Source: Bdellovibrionota bacterium
Lineage (GTDB): Bacteria > Bdellovibrionota_C > UBA2361 > OMII01
Reading direction: 5' to 3'
Length of the DNA: 64,000 nt
Assembly: GCA_044345405.1 (NCBI GenBank)
Contig: JBIJBE010000013.1
Location: 1 to 64,000, forward strand
Part shown: positions 9,807-20,049 of the stretch, in pieces
Position numbering within the stretch: the first letter of the stretch is position 1
Layout: each line of letters starts with the position of its first letter
Program-made: the position numbers and the translations under genes
The notes under the pieces: generated by a model
What the model was told of the DNA's origin: nothing
Databases searched by the model: none
Seen by the model: the letters and a program-made list of their open reading frames with translations, nothing else

Positions 9807-10496
9807 ATGGAAAACAGAACAAAAACCGCTCAATTCTTCAATCAATGGGATCAGTATCACACCCTCGTGGAAACGCTTGATACCTACAGTAACCTTCGCA
9901 ACTCTCTCGGCGGGGTGCTCCAAGGAGATGTGATCGATGTCGGAAGCGGGGGAGTTATCAGCTACCCTGTCGAGGGTATAACATCCCTCACTCTTGTCGA
10001 TATCGCCACCATCACTCCCGGTCCATCATTAGAGGGACTGCCCTGCCCTCTTACCATCAAGTATTCCGACGCGGCGGCCCTCGATCTCCCATCCGAGAGC
10101 GGTGACCGGGTGCACATGCAGATGCTCCTCCACCACCTGGCTGAAGAATCGTTCGCGCGGAGCAAAGCACGCCTTAACGCATCCATCCAAGAGGCCTACC
10201 GCGTTTTGAGACCGGGCGGGAAGTTAGTTATTGTGGAGTCCGGTCTGCCGCGGTGGATAGAGGTTATCGAAAGGCTACTCTTCCGTTTTACAGCGCTAGC
10301 TCTTCGCAAGATCGATCACCCGCTTGTCTTTCAGTGGGCTCCTCAAACGGTGGAAGCGGCATGTAGAGACGCAGGATTCACCGAGATTGAGCGACAACCT
10401 ATCGAACGCGGCAGCTGGATGATCCTCCTTGGAAGGAAGTGGCCGACAGCTCTCTGTCCTCTCTTTCCGTACCGACTCATAGCGGTGAAGAACTAA
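9807..10496 (+). CDS. Class I SAM-dependent methyltransferase
   Basis: VIDVGSGG motif I, LLHH and RVLRPGG; 5 bp downstream of the GT9 gene. Confidence 0.85.
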   Translation: MENRTKTAQFFNQWDQYHTLVETLDTYSNLRNSLGGVLQGDVIDVGSGGVISYPVEGITSLTLVDIATITPGPSLEGLPCPLTIKYSDAAALDLPSESGDRVHMQMLLHHLAEESFARSKARLNASIQEAYRVLRPGGKLVIVESGLPRWIEVIERLLFRFTALALRKIDHPLVFQWAPQTVEAACRDAGFTEIERQPIERGSWMILLGRKWPTALCPLFPYRLIAVKN

Positions 10497-10555
10497 CAGG
10501 ATAGCCGCTTCACAGCAGCTTCCCTAGCTCTCCCGGGAGCGAGATAGACCCGCGC

Positions 10556-12757
10556 CTATCGCAGGTCGCTCAATTCACATTCGATCATGACGAACGGCTT
10601 GGGCGCCTGGACATTCTCTATCTTAGGATGGGCACACCGTTGAGTTGCGGTCTTAATGAGCGCCTCATCCACCTTGTAGTAGGGAGCCGGAGTCTGCAAG
10701 AGGAATACAATCCTCTTCCATCCTGTATAGTCGCGAGCTTCATCCAGTTGGTCGCGCAACTTCGTCCATGTATAGGCCCACGAGCGCCCGATCATTTCAC
10801 GACTCGCCAACGGATTCGCTATCACGTCAGAGATATCTTTATTGTTAGCGATAACCCACCGATTAGGACGCACGGCGGGATCGGAGAGCCGATCAAGCAG
10901 AAGGTAGAGATACTTCGCCCTATCATAGCCTTCCGGCATATAATCAACAAAAATAGTATCGGGCCGAATCGCTTGCGCCAGCTGGGCGGCAGCCTGAACA
11001 TCGCCCGGCTCCTTGTACTTCCAAAACCTCCCCGAAAACCAAAAATGATTGGCGAGCGATGTGTACATGAGGATCGCTACGCATATGGCGCTCAGCATAA
11101 ACCGTCGCACGAAAGTTCCTGAGTGCTCCCGGTAGTACACAAGGGTAGCCAACGCGACAGCGGCGATAATGTCCAACGCCGGATAAAAGGTCGAGAGACG
11201 CTTGGGGTACGCTTGCTCAGAGAGAACCCCTGGCAAGATAGCGGCGATGAGCCAACTCACCATTACCACGCTTTCAAAGCGAGCGCGGAACCGCCACAAC
11301 AGAGCGATGCCGATAAAGACAAAAGGCATCTCCATCCAGGGAACCGTTCGCAGGAAGGTGCCCTGCGTTGGCCGCAACCACTCCTGGTGACACATGAAAT
11401 TCTGGCGGAAGAAAAGCCCTTTTACGACATCGCCCACGTGAACGAGGGAGGACTTCGCCACAAGTAAAACTAATTCCAATTTACCCTGCGGCGCATCGCC
11501 GGCGCTCCACGTAGCCCGCGGCCCCGTTAAGGTGAAAGGGTTGAGCATGCGGAAACTCCCATCCGCGAGGTAGTTGCTGAGTGGGAACCCAAAGAACCAC
11601 ACAACGAGACCACATGCGATCACCGCACACTGGATCTTACTACAGGGGAGCACGAGGCGGTTTGTGATCCAGAATAACCCTATGGCCAGCAACGGAATGA
11701 TGACCGCGCTCTGTCCAGAGGGATACTGATGCCACGAGAGGCCCATCATAAAAACGACGATCCCAAACCAGGAGATCTTGCGAGTGTCGTATGCTCTCAG
11801 GAGAGCGTAGCACATCAACAAGGTCGGCCACGTCGTAACGCCATGGGGATGAACATCCGTGCGACTCCAACCGATATGCAAACCGTTCAGAGAAAAGAGC
11901 GCTGCGGCGATATACCCAGCAAGTCGTCCCCCCAGTCGAGAAGCGAGAAGGTACACAAGTGGAACAGTAAGAACACCAACAATAGCCGATGAGAGTCGAA
12001 GAGCGATGAGCGTGGTTCCGAAGAGCTTCGTTGAGATGTAGATAGGGACGTAGTAGAGAATTCCAAGAGGCGCCCACGGACCTCCAGCCCCCTGATTAGC
12101 TACAAACATCCCCTGCACCGAGGTTCCTCCGGCCGAGAAAGCCGCGAGTTCCCCCTCAAAAGCCTCAACCACAACGTTCAAAGCGTACATGCGCAGAACG
12201 AGAGCGACCAAGAAGATTACCGCAAGGATGGCGAACTCTCGGGCTCCGAAGATACTCACATCCTCTTTGCCGTTTTCATAGGAGATCAGATTTTCCTCCC
12301 GACGAAACGCCCGCTGCACAAGAACAAAAGCCAGAAGATAGGCGACGATCCCAACGACCGCTCCGATGACCTGCCCACCCGAGGCGGGGATCTCAGGACT
12401 TCCAGGAACTTCAAGACCGGACAACCAACTAAAGAGTCGCCACGCGTTAAAATTAGATAGGGAAAACTGCCCAACAACAGCGCATACAGCGGCGATAACG
12501 AGATATCGGTGTCGCGAAGACACGCCCACGACGCCAACGCATGCAAGAGCGAGCACCGAGGCTACGAAAGAATAGTCGTGCCAGTGATGTCCTACCTGAT
12601 AGAAAAGATCCGCGGGCTGAACGATCAGATCCACGACAGGTTTCAACACGTTGAGAGCGATTAGACCGCTACTCGTGTCCGAATTAGCAAGAAAACAAGC
12701 AAGATAGGTGAGTAAGCAAAAAACGAGGAAGGAAAGAGCGAAAACATTTCTTTTCAT
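10556..12757 (-). CDS. ArnT/PMT-like (GT83/GT39-like) GT-C membrane glycosyltransferase
   Basis: 733 aa, many TM segments; ALVLRMYAL...EGE, LFGTTLIALRLSSAIVGVLTVPLVYLLA and HIGWSR pattern. Confidence 0.75.
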   Translation of the reverse strand: MKRNVFALSFLVFCLLTYLACFLANSDTSSGLIALNVLKPVVDLIVQPADLFYQVGHHWHDYSFVASVLALACVGVVGVSSRHRYLVIAAVCAVVGQFSLSNFNAWRLFSWLSGLEVPGSPEIPASGGQVIGAVVGIVAYLLAFVLVQRAFRREENLISYENGKEDVSIFGAREFAILAVIFLVALVLRMYALNVVVEAFEGELAAFSAGGTSVQGMFVANQGAGGPWAPLGILYYVPIYISTKLFGTTLIALRLSSAIVGVLTVPLVYLLASRLGGRLAGYIAAALFSLNGLHIGWSRTDVHPHGVTTWPTLLMCYALLRAYDTRKISWFGIVVFMMGLSWHQYPSGQSAVIIPLLAIGLFWITNRLVLPCSKIQCAVIACGLVVWFFGFPLSNYLADGSFRMLNPFTLTGPRATWSAGDAPQGKLELVLLVAKSSLVHVGDVVKGLFFRQNFMCHQEWLRPTQGTFLRTVPWMEMPFVFIGIALLWRFRARFESVVMVSWLIAAILPGVLSEQAYPKRLSTFYPALDIIAAVALATLVYYREHSGTFVRRFMLSAICVAILMYTSLANHFWFSGRFWKYKEPGDVQAAAQLAQAIRPDTIFVDYMPEGYDRAKYLYLLLDRLSDPAVRPNRWVIANNKDISDVIANPLASREMIGRSWAYTWTKLRDQLDEARDYTGWKRIVFLLQTPAPYYKVDEALIKTATQRCAHPKIENVQAPKPFVMIECELSDLR

Positions 12758-13060
12758 AAGTTCGAAGGGTCCTGAAGCTTCCTACCGACCACGATACAAA
12801 GATTTTTCTGCGGCGCAATCCGTGGCATGCGCGATACCTTTGTTAGCGAAGGTTCACACGTGTTCGAAAATACCAGCGTCCCCTTTTGAGTCCGCAATTC
12901 CACAACAACCCTATAAGGTTATCTCAGGGTATCGCAACCTGAAATCGTTATGGAAAGCCTCGCGCGGGCCTTGGGCCTGGGCCCTGGCTGAGGCGATGGC
13001 AACAGAAGTACCCCCGCTCCCAAACTTGAAAACACCCGGCACGAAGGTGTGGACGCGGCG

Positions 13061-13318
13061 TTAGCCCTGATTCAAAACTCGCAACTTCTCCTCAGCACCG
13101 GAGAGCAGCTTTCTAAGGTGTTTGATGAGGGAGGTGCCGTGCTCATACGAGCCGATCGCCCGGTCGAGCGGAAGAGTACCAGATTCTACCGAGGTCACGA
13201 CCTCTTCCAGAAGCTTGAGCGCTTGTTCAAAGCTAAGGGCGCTCACCTGCGCTTCCGAAACCTCCCCGTTTATAAGGGCCTCAAGTGTTACCGATATATC
13301 CTTTCCTGCCTTTGCCAT
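13061..13318 (-). CDS. xseB: Exodeoxyribonuclease VII small subunit
   Basis: SFEQALKLLEEVV..VESGTLPLDRAI..YEHG motif; directly downstream of xseA; start at ATG 13318. Confidence 0.92.
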   Translation of the reverse strand: MAKAGKDISVTLEALINGEVSEAQVSALSFEQALKLLEEVVTSVESGTLPLDRAIGSYEHGTSLIKHLRKLLSGAEEKLRVLNQG

Positions 13319-13322
13319 ATCT

Positions 13323-14741
13323 CTATCTCTCCTTTGAACAACTCGTAACCGTTCCCTGAATGAGCCCATCCGCGATAGAGATATCCAAACCATCCCCACC
13401 ACGAACATCATCAACGGAGCGCACGGGCTTACCACCTACTCGCACGATACTGTATCCACGTTCCAACACCTTCCGAGGGTTTATGGAATCCAGGCGAAGC
13501 CCGAGGCTGGTGGCCTTCGTCTTTGCGTCATCAACACCTCTGGTAACGCCAACAAAGAGACGCCCCTGAAGCCCCTCAATAACAAGCCGATGGCGATCCA
13601 TGCTCTCTGTTGGAATCGCTCGACGCAGCCGCTCCCTGAGTTGAGAAATGGAGGTGCTTAGGCGGTCTGTTGACGCCATTCCGACCCGATACAACCGCCC
13701 GTGGAAGAGCTCTATGCGGCCCCGAAGCAACTCAATCACCTTATCAGGACGAATGCTCGCTAACTTAGCCTCCGCCGCTTTGATGCGGAGCTTCCCCTCG
13801 GCAACAAGCGTGGAGGCCCGGGTGTCTAGTCGCAACGAAAGCTCGTCGATTCGTTGCGCCATCGGCTGAAGCCACCTATCGAAATCTCTCAAGCGACGCT
13901 CAAGCTCGCCCACCCGCTGAAGAAGGTCGCTCACCTTGGGCACAACCATTTCGGCGGCGGCGGTCGGTGTCGGGGCCCGCACATCGGCCGCAAAATCACA
14001 CAAGGTGGTGTCGGTTTCGTGCCCGACTCCGGATACCACGGGAACCGAACACGCGAACACAGCTTTCACAACCGCCTCCTCGTTGAACGCCCAGAGGTCC
14101 TCAAGGGAACCTCCACCTCGAGCGACGATGATCACGTCGACGAGACCTGACTCATCGAGCTTTTTGACCGCGGTCGCGATCTCTTGCGCGGCTCCGTCAC
14201 CTTGAACGCGAGTCTCAGAGAGATAGACAACCATCGAGGGGAAACGCTCTCGCAATTTCACCATCATATCGTGCAATACCGCGCCCGTTCGTGACGTTAC
14301 GAGACCAACCGCTCGGGGAAGAAACGGGAGGGGTCGCTTGCGCTCGACTGAGAAAAAACCCTCTCGTTGTAGTCTATCTTTAAGCTCAAGGAACTTGCGC
14401 TGGAGCTCTCCCTCACCATCCTCCAAGAGACGAGACACGACGATCTGGAAGCGTCCGGTTTGCGCGTAGACGTTCGGGCGCCCGTGTACCCGCACGGCGA
14501 CCCCCTGGGCCGGCTTGAAACTAAGGGTTCGAGCCATCCCGGCCCACATGACACAAGAAAGCTGAGCCCCCTGATCTTTAACCGAAAAGTAGAGATGTCC
14601 ACTCGCCGCTACCGTGAGCTGCGAGATCTCACCATGAAAAAGAAGCTGCGGAAACTGCTCTTCAAAGGTATCGTTAATCTGACGAGTAGCCTCGGTAACG
14701 GAAAGGTATGGGTCACCTGATTTTGCCGCGTGTATCGCCAC
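13323..14741 (-). CDS. xseA: Exodeoxyribonuclease VII large subunit
   Basis: GEIS...SGHLYFSVKD, ARGGGSLEDLWAFNEE, SGVGHETD, APTPTAAAE and VLERGYS motifs. Confidence 0.97.
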   Translation of the reverse strand: MAIHAAKSGDPYLSVTEATRQINDTFEEQFPQLLFHGEISQLTVAASGHLYFSVKDQGAQLSCVMWAGMARTLSFKPAQGVAVRVHGRPNVYAQTGRFQIVVSRLLEDGEGELQRKFLELKDRLQREGFFSVERKRPLPFLPRAVGLVTSRTGAVLHDMMVKLRERFPSMVVYLSETRVQGDGAAQEIATAVKKLDESGLVDVIIVARGGGSLEDLWAFNEEAVVKAVFACSVPVVSGVGHETDTTLCDFAADVRAPTPTAAAEMVVPKVSDLLQRVGELERRLRDFDRWLQPMAQRIDELSLRLDTRASTLVAEGKLRIKAAEAKLASIRPDKVIELLRGRIELFHGRLYRVGMASTDRLSTSISQLRERLRRAIPTESMDRHRLVIEGLQGRLFVGVTRGVDDAKTKATSLGLRLDSINPRKVLERGYSIVRVGGKPVRSVDDVRGGDGLDISIADGLIQGTVTSCSKER

Positions 14742-15650
14742 GTCTGTTCCTCGTCACAGCACCCGGTATTGGACGCTACGGTGAGGGTACTACCAAATAA
14801 AACAAAATCAAACGGTTCTTCTGAGCGAGTGCGGCGAGGTCCTCACGCGAAAACGCATCTCGCGTGGCAGCTCATCCTCGGCTCCCTCATACTCGATCCG
14901 TTCATCCCGCTCATAACCTCACTGAGAATCCCACTCGAGCTAGCGAGTACCATAGCCACCTGGTGCGCTATCGGCACCCTACCCTTTCTCGCTCAGGATC
15001 GCGTCCATCGAACGCTCTCGAAGCTGAGGCTCCTCCATACAAAAAGTTTGGACGCCGGATCGAAAGCCGTGCCTATCTCGCTCGCGTTCGGCGCGGCGGC
15101 GGTGGTTCTCTTTAAAATAAGCATGTTCACTAATCTGCCCCCAGCGCTTCTCGCCCCCCTCGCTCTCGTCGTTATCTGGGCGAGCCGGAAATTTCTCACC
15201 CAGGTGACCGCGCAGACGGCGCAGGACAAAGCCCTCTTCTCCTCTAATCCATGGGCGAAGGTAGAGCGGTGGGAGCATCAGGTCATCGTGTTCGCGATGC
15301 TTCCCCTTATCTTGGCGCGAGCGATAGGGTTGTGCGGAGACCTGGCTGAACTCGATGCCGAGCACGAATACGCCCGACTCATCTTCCTAGGAACCAGCGC
15401 GGTCTTTCTAGGAATGCTCAGGCCGGAGCGATCGTTCTTTGTGGGGCTGTGCAAAACGTGCAAACGACCGGTACCGATCGTTTTTCAGGATATCGGAAGC
15501 TGTCTCTCATGCGACATACGGCTCAGGGTCGCGTACCACGCGTGGGTACACCGCTTACCTATCGAACAGGTTTTAGCTCCACCGAGTTCAGCAGAGCCGC
15601 CGGACGAACCACCAAGATCGCATACGCCACAGCCACCGAAAAAGAGCTAG
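14730..15650 (+). CDS. Hypothetical membrane protein with CxxC...CxxC motif and Pro-rich tail (true start probably downstream of 14730)
   Basis: 306-aa ORF with several hydrophobic segments and CKTC...CLSC; the track start overlaps the xseA start. Confidence 0.65.
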   Translation: MYRHVCSSSQHPVLDATVRVLPNKTKSNGSSERVRRGPHAKTHLAWQLILGSLILDPFIPLITSLRIPLELASTIATWCAIGTLPFLAQDRVHRTLSKLRLLHTKSLDAGSKAVPISLAFGAAAVVLFKISMFTNLPPALLAPLALVVIWASRKFLTQVTAQTAQDKALFSSNPWAKVERWEHQVIVFAMLPLILARAIGLCGDLAELDAEHEYARLIFLGTSAVFLGMLRPERSFFVGLCKTCKRPVPIVFQDIGSCLSCDIRLRVAYHAWVHRLPIEQVLAPPSSAEPPDEPPRSHTPQPPKKS

Positions 15651-15661
15651 GCGCCTCGCGA

Positions 15662-18346
15662 CTACCGCTTAAACCAAGAGAAGATACCTTTCGAGGATGC
15701 CTTCTCCTCGACGTCCTGATCATTAGCCGAGAGAAGATCACTGGAAGCGAGCACGCTGGCAACGGAATCCACCCGCGCCTCACGTGAAGCCTCCTCCGCG
15801 TCAGCCAAGATACCGATAACTTTTACGTCTTGTTGAACGGTGTGAAAAACTTCGTTGTACGCCGATACAAGAGAAACCTCGATCCGAAGACCTGAGGCGT
15901 TCATGTCTGGCAAAGTGTACTCGAACTCAACAGGCACCTGACTCAATCCCATCTGTTGTCGAACCCACGCCGCTGAGTGATGGGAGACAAGTCGATGCTT
16001 AAAGATCCGCTCCGCGCCGCCATCATTCTTCACAAGCGAAGCTACTACGGTAATTCCATCCTCGAGATGTCGTCCGTGAGGTATATTGAGCAACGATCGG
16101 CATGAAAGCCTGGTCGTCTGGACATAGGTGTTCGCGGCGATATCCACGATCTGAGGTCCGGGGTTGCCAACCTCAACAACGTGCTTACCACCACTTGTGA
16201 GCGGTCGAACGAAGAACTCCTTTGTCTCGGAGAGGAAGACTTCACCGTTCAGAGAGAGAGCGCGTACCCGCGCGAAGAGGCGAACTTTAGAGTTGGCGCG
16301 TTGCGCCTCAGAACCGAAGTACCAACCGAGAAGCTCCTCTCGCTTGAAGTTCGCCACGATCGAGTGCTCCGCGAAGCCCGAATGGCCCTCGACACACACT
16401 CCACGAGTGACCGGTTTAAAGCTCATGCCGAGTGAATCCGAGAACGCTTGAAGAAGGAGGTGTCCATCCTCTCGCTCAATCGAGACTTCAACTCGGTATG
16501 GGGAGAAAAGCTCTCCTGCCCGTCCAGCGGCGAGATCCGCAAGCTGCTTCGAGGAGTTTTTGGGTGAGAAGGTGGCCTGAACTCGCACTCCCTCTTCACC
16601 GCCAAACACCCACGCCGGTTCGATCTCGATTGACTCAAGCTCGATGACACTCGCCGCCGGAGAGAGCGCGAGAGCGCCGCCGGTGGCGCGAATGCCATCA
16701 TCAGCGTTCGCCACGGGAGCCGCTTTATCACCAGCAACATGCACGGATACGATCCCCATATCGCCGCACAAGATGCGCTCATCAGCGGAAACGATAACCA
16801 CCTCACACGTCAACGTGTGTGTACCTGACGACAACAACAAGAATTCAACGGGGATATCGATCTGCAATCCTCGATAGTAGGCCCACGCGCCGCGAGGATG
16901 GAGCACTCGCCGGTATCGATATGAGGAAACGGACTCAACAGGAACGTTAAGTTCCGAGGCCACATACGGAATGCCGAGCGAGGAGAGCTCTACGATCTCC
17001 CCCTTCTCGTCAATAAACCGACACTCAAGGAGAACGCTCTCTCCGGCGTGCATAAAGAGGGAGAGATCAAATTGCACGGATACCGTTCGTCGCTCCCATC
17101 CACCGACAACCCTGTATCCAGAACTCACTCGAAGATCAGAGATTTTATCACCCGACACTACGTCGTGTGGCCACATTCCCACCGAGTGAGGAGCGGGCAC
17201 ATGGGCACCCACAAGCTCTCGGCGTGGGACGCAGATACTATCGGGACGGGACGCGCTGAGCACCTCACGCCCATCGTTATCAACAACCGAGATAACGAGT
17301 TCCACGTCACAGCGACCAGAGGGAAGATCGAGGGCCGCGTATGGAAGAAAGGCTCGAATCTCGTCGATCACTAGTCGCTGCGCTTGCGGACGGATCGGAA
17401 CCAACGAGCAGAACTCCGTCTGCTCAGGCACTACCTCGCACAGCTCTGATCCACCTGGATCGGTCCAGCTCGACCAATCAGCTCGAGCCGAAACGGGTCG
17501 CCCGTTCCACCGAGCGGATACTCGAAGCCACAAAGGTTGACCATCATGTCCCACGAGCCGCAGGCCGCACATGACGAAGCACCCTTTCGTGCCAAACACC
17601 TGATGGTCGTGAAGCACCTCGAAACCGAAAAGAGCGTCCTCCTCATCGAAGGTTGGCTCAAGGTAGCCATCAGCGAGCGCGCCCTTCGAGATCTGGTCAA
17701 CTTCAAGGCCAGCCAAGCTCATCTTTCGGCGCACATACCACTTAAGCAACATGGTCAGCTCATCGAGCTCACGTCCGATGTCGTAGTCGAAGGAGGCGTT
17801 GGCGCCCGCGCTTGAACTCTTGCCACGCGACATCCCCTCCCGTTCGTCCATTGAGATGGCGGTAAGAGCAGCCTGCGCCCGACGAACAAGTCCGCTGACG
17901 ATGGACGTTTCAACGGATCCCGCGTAGAGCGCGTTCAAAAGGAGCGGCACGTTCGGATCGAGCGTAAAGAGACCTGTTTCGCGATGCGTGATTTGACGCG
18001 CAATTTTCAATACGAGCTCGGCGACCTTCGAAACCGCTACGGAACTAGCGCGCCGAGAACGTCCACGATACTTGGCTGATTTGCGAATCTCCTCCTCAAG
18101 GGGGGCGATGAACGATTGGAGCGATTCCGATCGCTCGTTTATGACCTTGCGAACCTCAAACCCGCTCATCGGGCGAGGCTCTCGAACAGCTACCGCGCGG
18201 GTCAATTTAGTTTGAGGGGAAACACCGCCCGACTTGGCGACTTTGAGTGGAGATGTTCCATCCCCGTTAGCGTGTTCAGCTCCGTGCTGCTGGGGGATCT
18301 CTTTCTCAACTACGCTCATGTCTTCCGGTAAACTACTAGGGTACAT
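15662..18346 (-). CDS. Large hypothetical protein with repeated beta-rich modules
   Basis: 894-aa ORF filling the gap between neighbouring genes; no family recognised with confidence. Confidence 0.8.
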   Translation of the reverse strand: MYPSSLPEDMSVVEKEIPQQHGAEHANGDGTSPLKVAKSGGVSPQTKLTRAVAVREPRPMSGFEVRKVINERSESLQSFIAPLEEEIRKSAKYRGRSRRASSVAVSKVAELVLKIARQITHRETGLFTLDPNVPLLLNALYAGSVETSIVSGLVRRAQAALTAISMDEREGMSRGKSSSAGANASFDYDIGRELDELTMLLKWYVRRKMSLAGLEVDQISKGALADGYLEPTFDEEDALFGFEVLHDHQVFGTKGCFVMCGLRLVGHDGQPLWLRVSARWNGRPVSARADWSSWTDPGGSELCEVVPEQTEFCSLVPIRPQAQRLVIDEIRAFLPYAALDLPSGRCDVELVISVVDNDGREVLSASRPDSICVPRRELVGAHVPAPHSVGMWPHDVVSGDKISDLRVSSGYRVVGGWERRTVSVQFDLSLFMHAGESVLLECRFIDEKGEIVELSSLGIPYVASELNVPVESVSSYRYRRVLHPRGAWAYYRGLQIDIPVEFLLLSSGTHTLTCEVVIVSADERILCGDMGIVSVHVAGDKAAPVANADDGIRATGGALALSPAASVIELESIEIEPAWVFGGEEGVRVQATFSPKNSSKQLADLAAGRAGELFSPYRVEVSIEREDGHLLLQAFSDSLGMSFKPVTRGVCVEGHSGFAEHSIVANFKREELLGWYFGSEAQRANSKVRLFARVRALSLNGEVFLSETKEFFVRPLTSGGKHVVEVGNPGPQIVDIAANTYVQTTRLSCRSLLNIPHGRHLEDGITVVASLVKNDGGAERIFKHRLVSHHSAAWVRQQMGLSQVPVEFEYTLPDMNASGLRIEVSLVSAYNEVFHTVQQDVKVIGILADAEEASREARVDSVASVLASSDLLSANDQDVEEKASSKGIFSWFKR

Positions 18347-18728
18347 ACGTTACCAAATTCCGGCGTCCTTCTGACCTTTCAGGACAACGCCGAGAATGCT
18401 CGATCGACCACAAAACAACCAGCCTCCGCCTCCCCGAACCACCCTGGGGGCGCATAAGGTCACCTTCTTGAATATTTTCAGATAGTTCCCTATTGCTTTG
18501 GGTCGTTTTTTGGATCACTCTGCGGCCACTGGGGAGATGAAATCCCACCTGGAGCAGGCGGGATTTCTACCTCACTTTTGACGAAACTTTCAACCCATGT
18601 TGTGAAGTTCTCGACCGATTTCCGGTGGTTTGTACAAATCCCCCCACTTGGAATATAAAGCGGTGCTCTGGCAGAGGATTTGAGTCACTAATCTGTCAGC
18701 ACGATTGTACATCAAAAAGAGGAAGTCC

Positions 18729-20021
18729 ATGGCAACCGAGATAAAGATGCCGCAACTGAGCGATACGATGAGTTCTGGTAAGATCCTTACCTGGAAGAAG
18801 AAGGAAGGCGATCAGATAAGCCGTGGCGACATCCTTGCTGAAGTTGAGACCGACAAAGCGAACCTCGAGATCGAGTCGTTCTTCAACGGCGTTCTTTTGA
18901 AGATCCTCACCCCCGCAAACTCAACCGCTAAGGTTGGAGAGATCATCGCAGTCATCGGTGCCGCGGGAGAATCAGTTTCAGCCGGTTCGACTCCAGCGGC
19001 TTCCGCTCCAGCACCAACTCCAGCGCCAAAAGCGGCAGCTCCAGCGCCAACTCCATCGATACCAGCTCCCGCGGCTCCAACAGCTCCATTGAGCGTTGTG
19101 GCAGGCGGAGATCGTGTGAAGGCGAGCCCTCTCGCGAAGCGAGTGGCTGAGCAACTTCAGGTAAACCTCTCATCTGTCCAAGGCTCAGGACCAAACGGAC
19201 GGATCATTCGACGCGATGTAGAGGCCGCGGCCGGTGGCTCCACCGCTCCAGAGTATCACCAAGCGCCGGCGCCTCAATACCACGCGGCGCCAGCTCCGAC
19301 AGCGGCTCCAACCCCAGCAGCGGCGCCAACGCAACCTGGCGCGGGAACGTACACCGCCCTCTCCAAGATGCGCGAGACGATCGCTCGTCGTATGCAGGAG
19401 AGCGTTAACACATCACCACACTTCTACTGCACGACCTCGATCAACATGGGAGAGGCGCTCCGACTTCGAGAGGTTCTTAAGGAACTTCCGGAGTACAAGG
19501 GCATCAGCGTCAATCACTTGGTAATAAAGGCGGCGGCATACGCCCTTAAGCGTGAGCCAAAGGTAAACGCCGCGATGAAGAATGAGCAGCTCTATCAGCC
19601 AGCTCAAATCAACATCGGTATCATCACCGCGATTCCAGATGGACTCCTTATTCCTGTCTTGAAGGAAGTTGATTCGATGAACCTTAAGGATGTTGTATTC
19701 GAGGCTCGCGCGGCGATTGAACGAGCTCGTGCTGGCCGCCCAAGCTCAACCGATCTCTCGGGTGGAACGTTCAGTATCTCCAACATGGGAATGTTTGACG
19801 TTGAGAACTTCACGGCGATCATCAACCCTGGTCAGGGAGGTATTCTCGCCGTGAGCGCGGTTCAGAAGCAGCCGATCGTTCACAACGGGCAGATCGTTGT
19901 TGGTTCCATCATGAAGGCTACCGTATCCGTTGATCACCGAATTATCGACGGCGTGATGTCGGCAACGTTCCTCAAGCACTTCAAGGAAGCGCTTGAGACC
20001 CCTGCCCTCCTCATGGCGTAG
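18729..20021 (+). CDS. pdhC: Pyruvate dehydrogenase E2, dihydrolipoamide acetyltransferase
   Basis: Lipoyl domain (MPQLSDTM...EVETDKA), E3-binding ASPLAKR and catalytic DHRIIDG. Confidence 0.93.
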   Translation: MATEIKMPQLSDTMSSGKILTWKKKEGDQISRGDILAEVETDKANLEIESFFNGVLLKILTPANSTAKVGEIIAVIGAAGESVSAGSTPAASAPAPTPAPKAAAPAPTPSIPAPAAPTAPLSVVAGGDRVKASPLAKRVAEQLQVNLSSVQGSGPNGRIIRRDVEAAAGGSTAPEYHQAPAPQYHAAPAPTAAPTPAAAPTQPGAGTYTALSKMRETIARRMQESVNTSPHFYCTTSINMGEALRLREVLKELPEYKGISVNHLVIKAAAYALKREPKVNAAMKNEQLYQPAQINIGIITAIPDGLLIPVLKEVDSMNLKDVVFEARAAIERARAGRPSSTDLSGGTFSISNMGMFDVENFTAIINPGQGGILAVSAVQKQPIVHNGQIVVGSIMKATVSVDHRIIDGVMSATFLKHFKEALETPALLMA

Positions 20022-20049
20022 TTGAAAACCTAAAAAGCGGGTCTTTTGT

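Noticed and set aside
18960-19345. Pro/Ala repeats in pdhC as a novel repeat
   Set aside because: Ordinary flexible linkers of E2 subunits.
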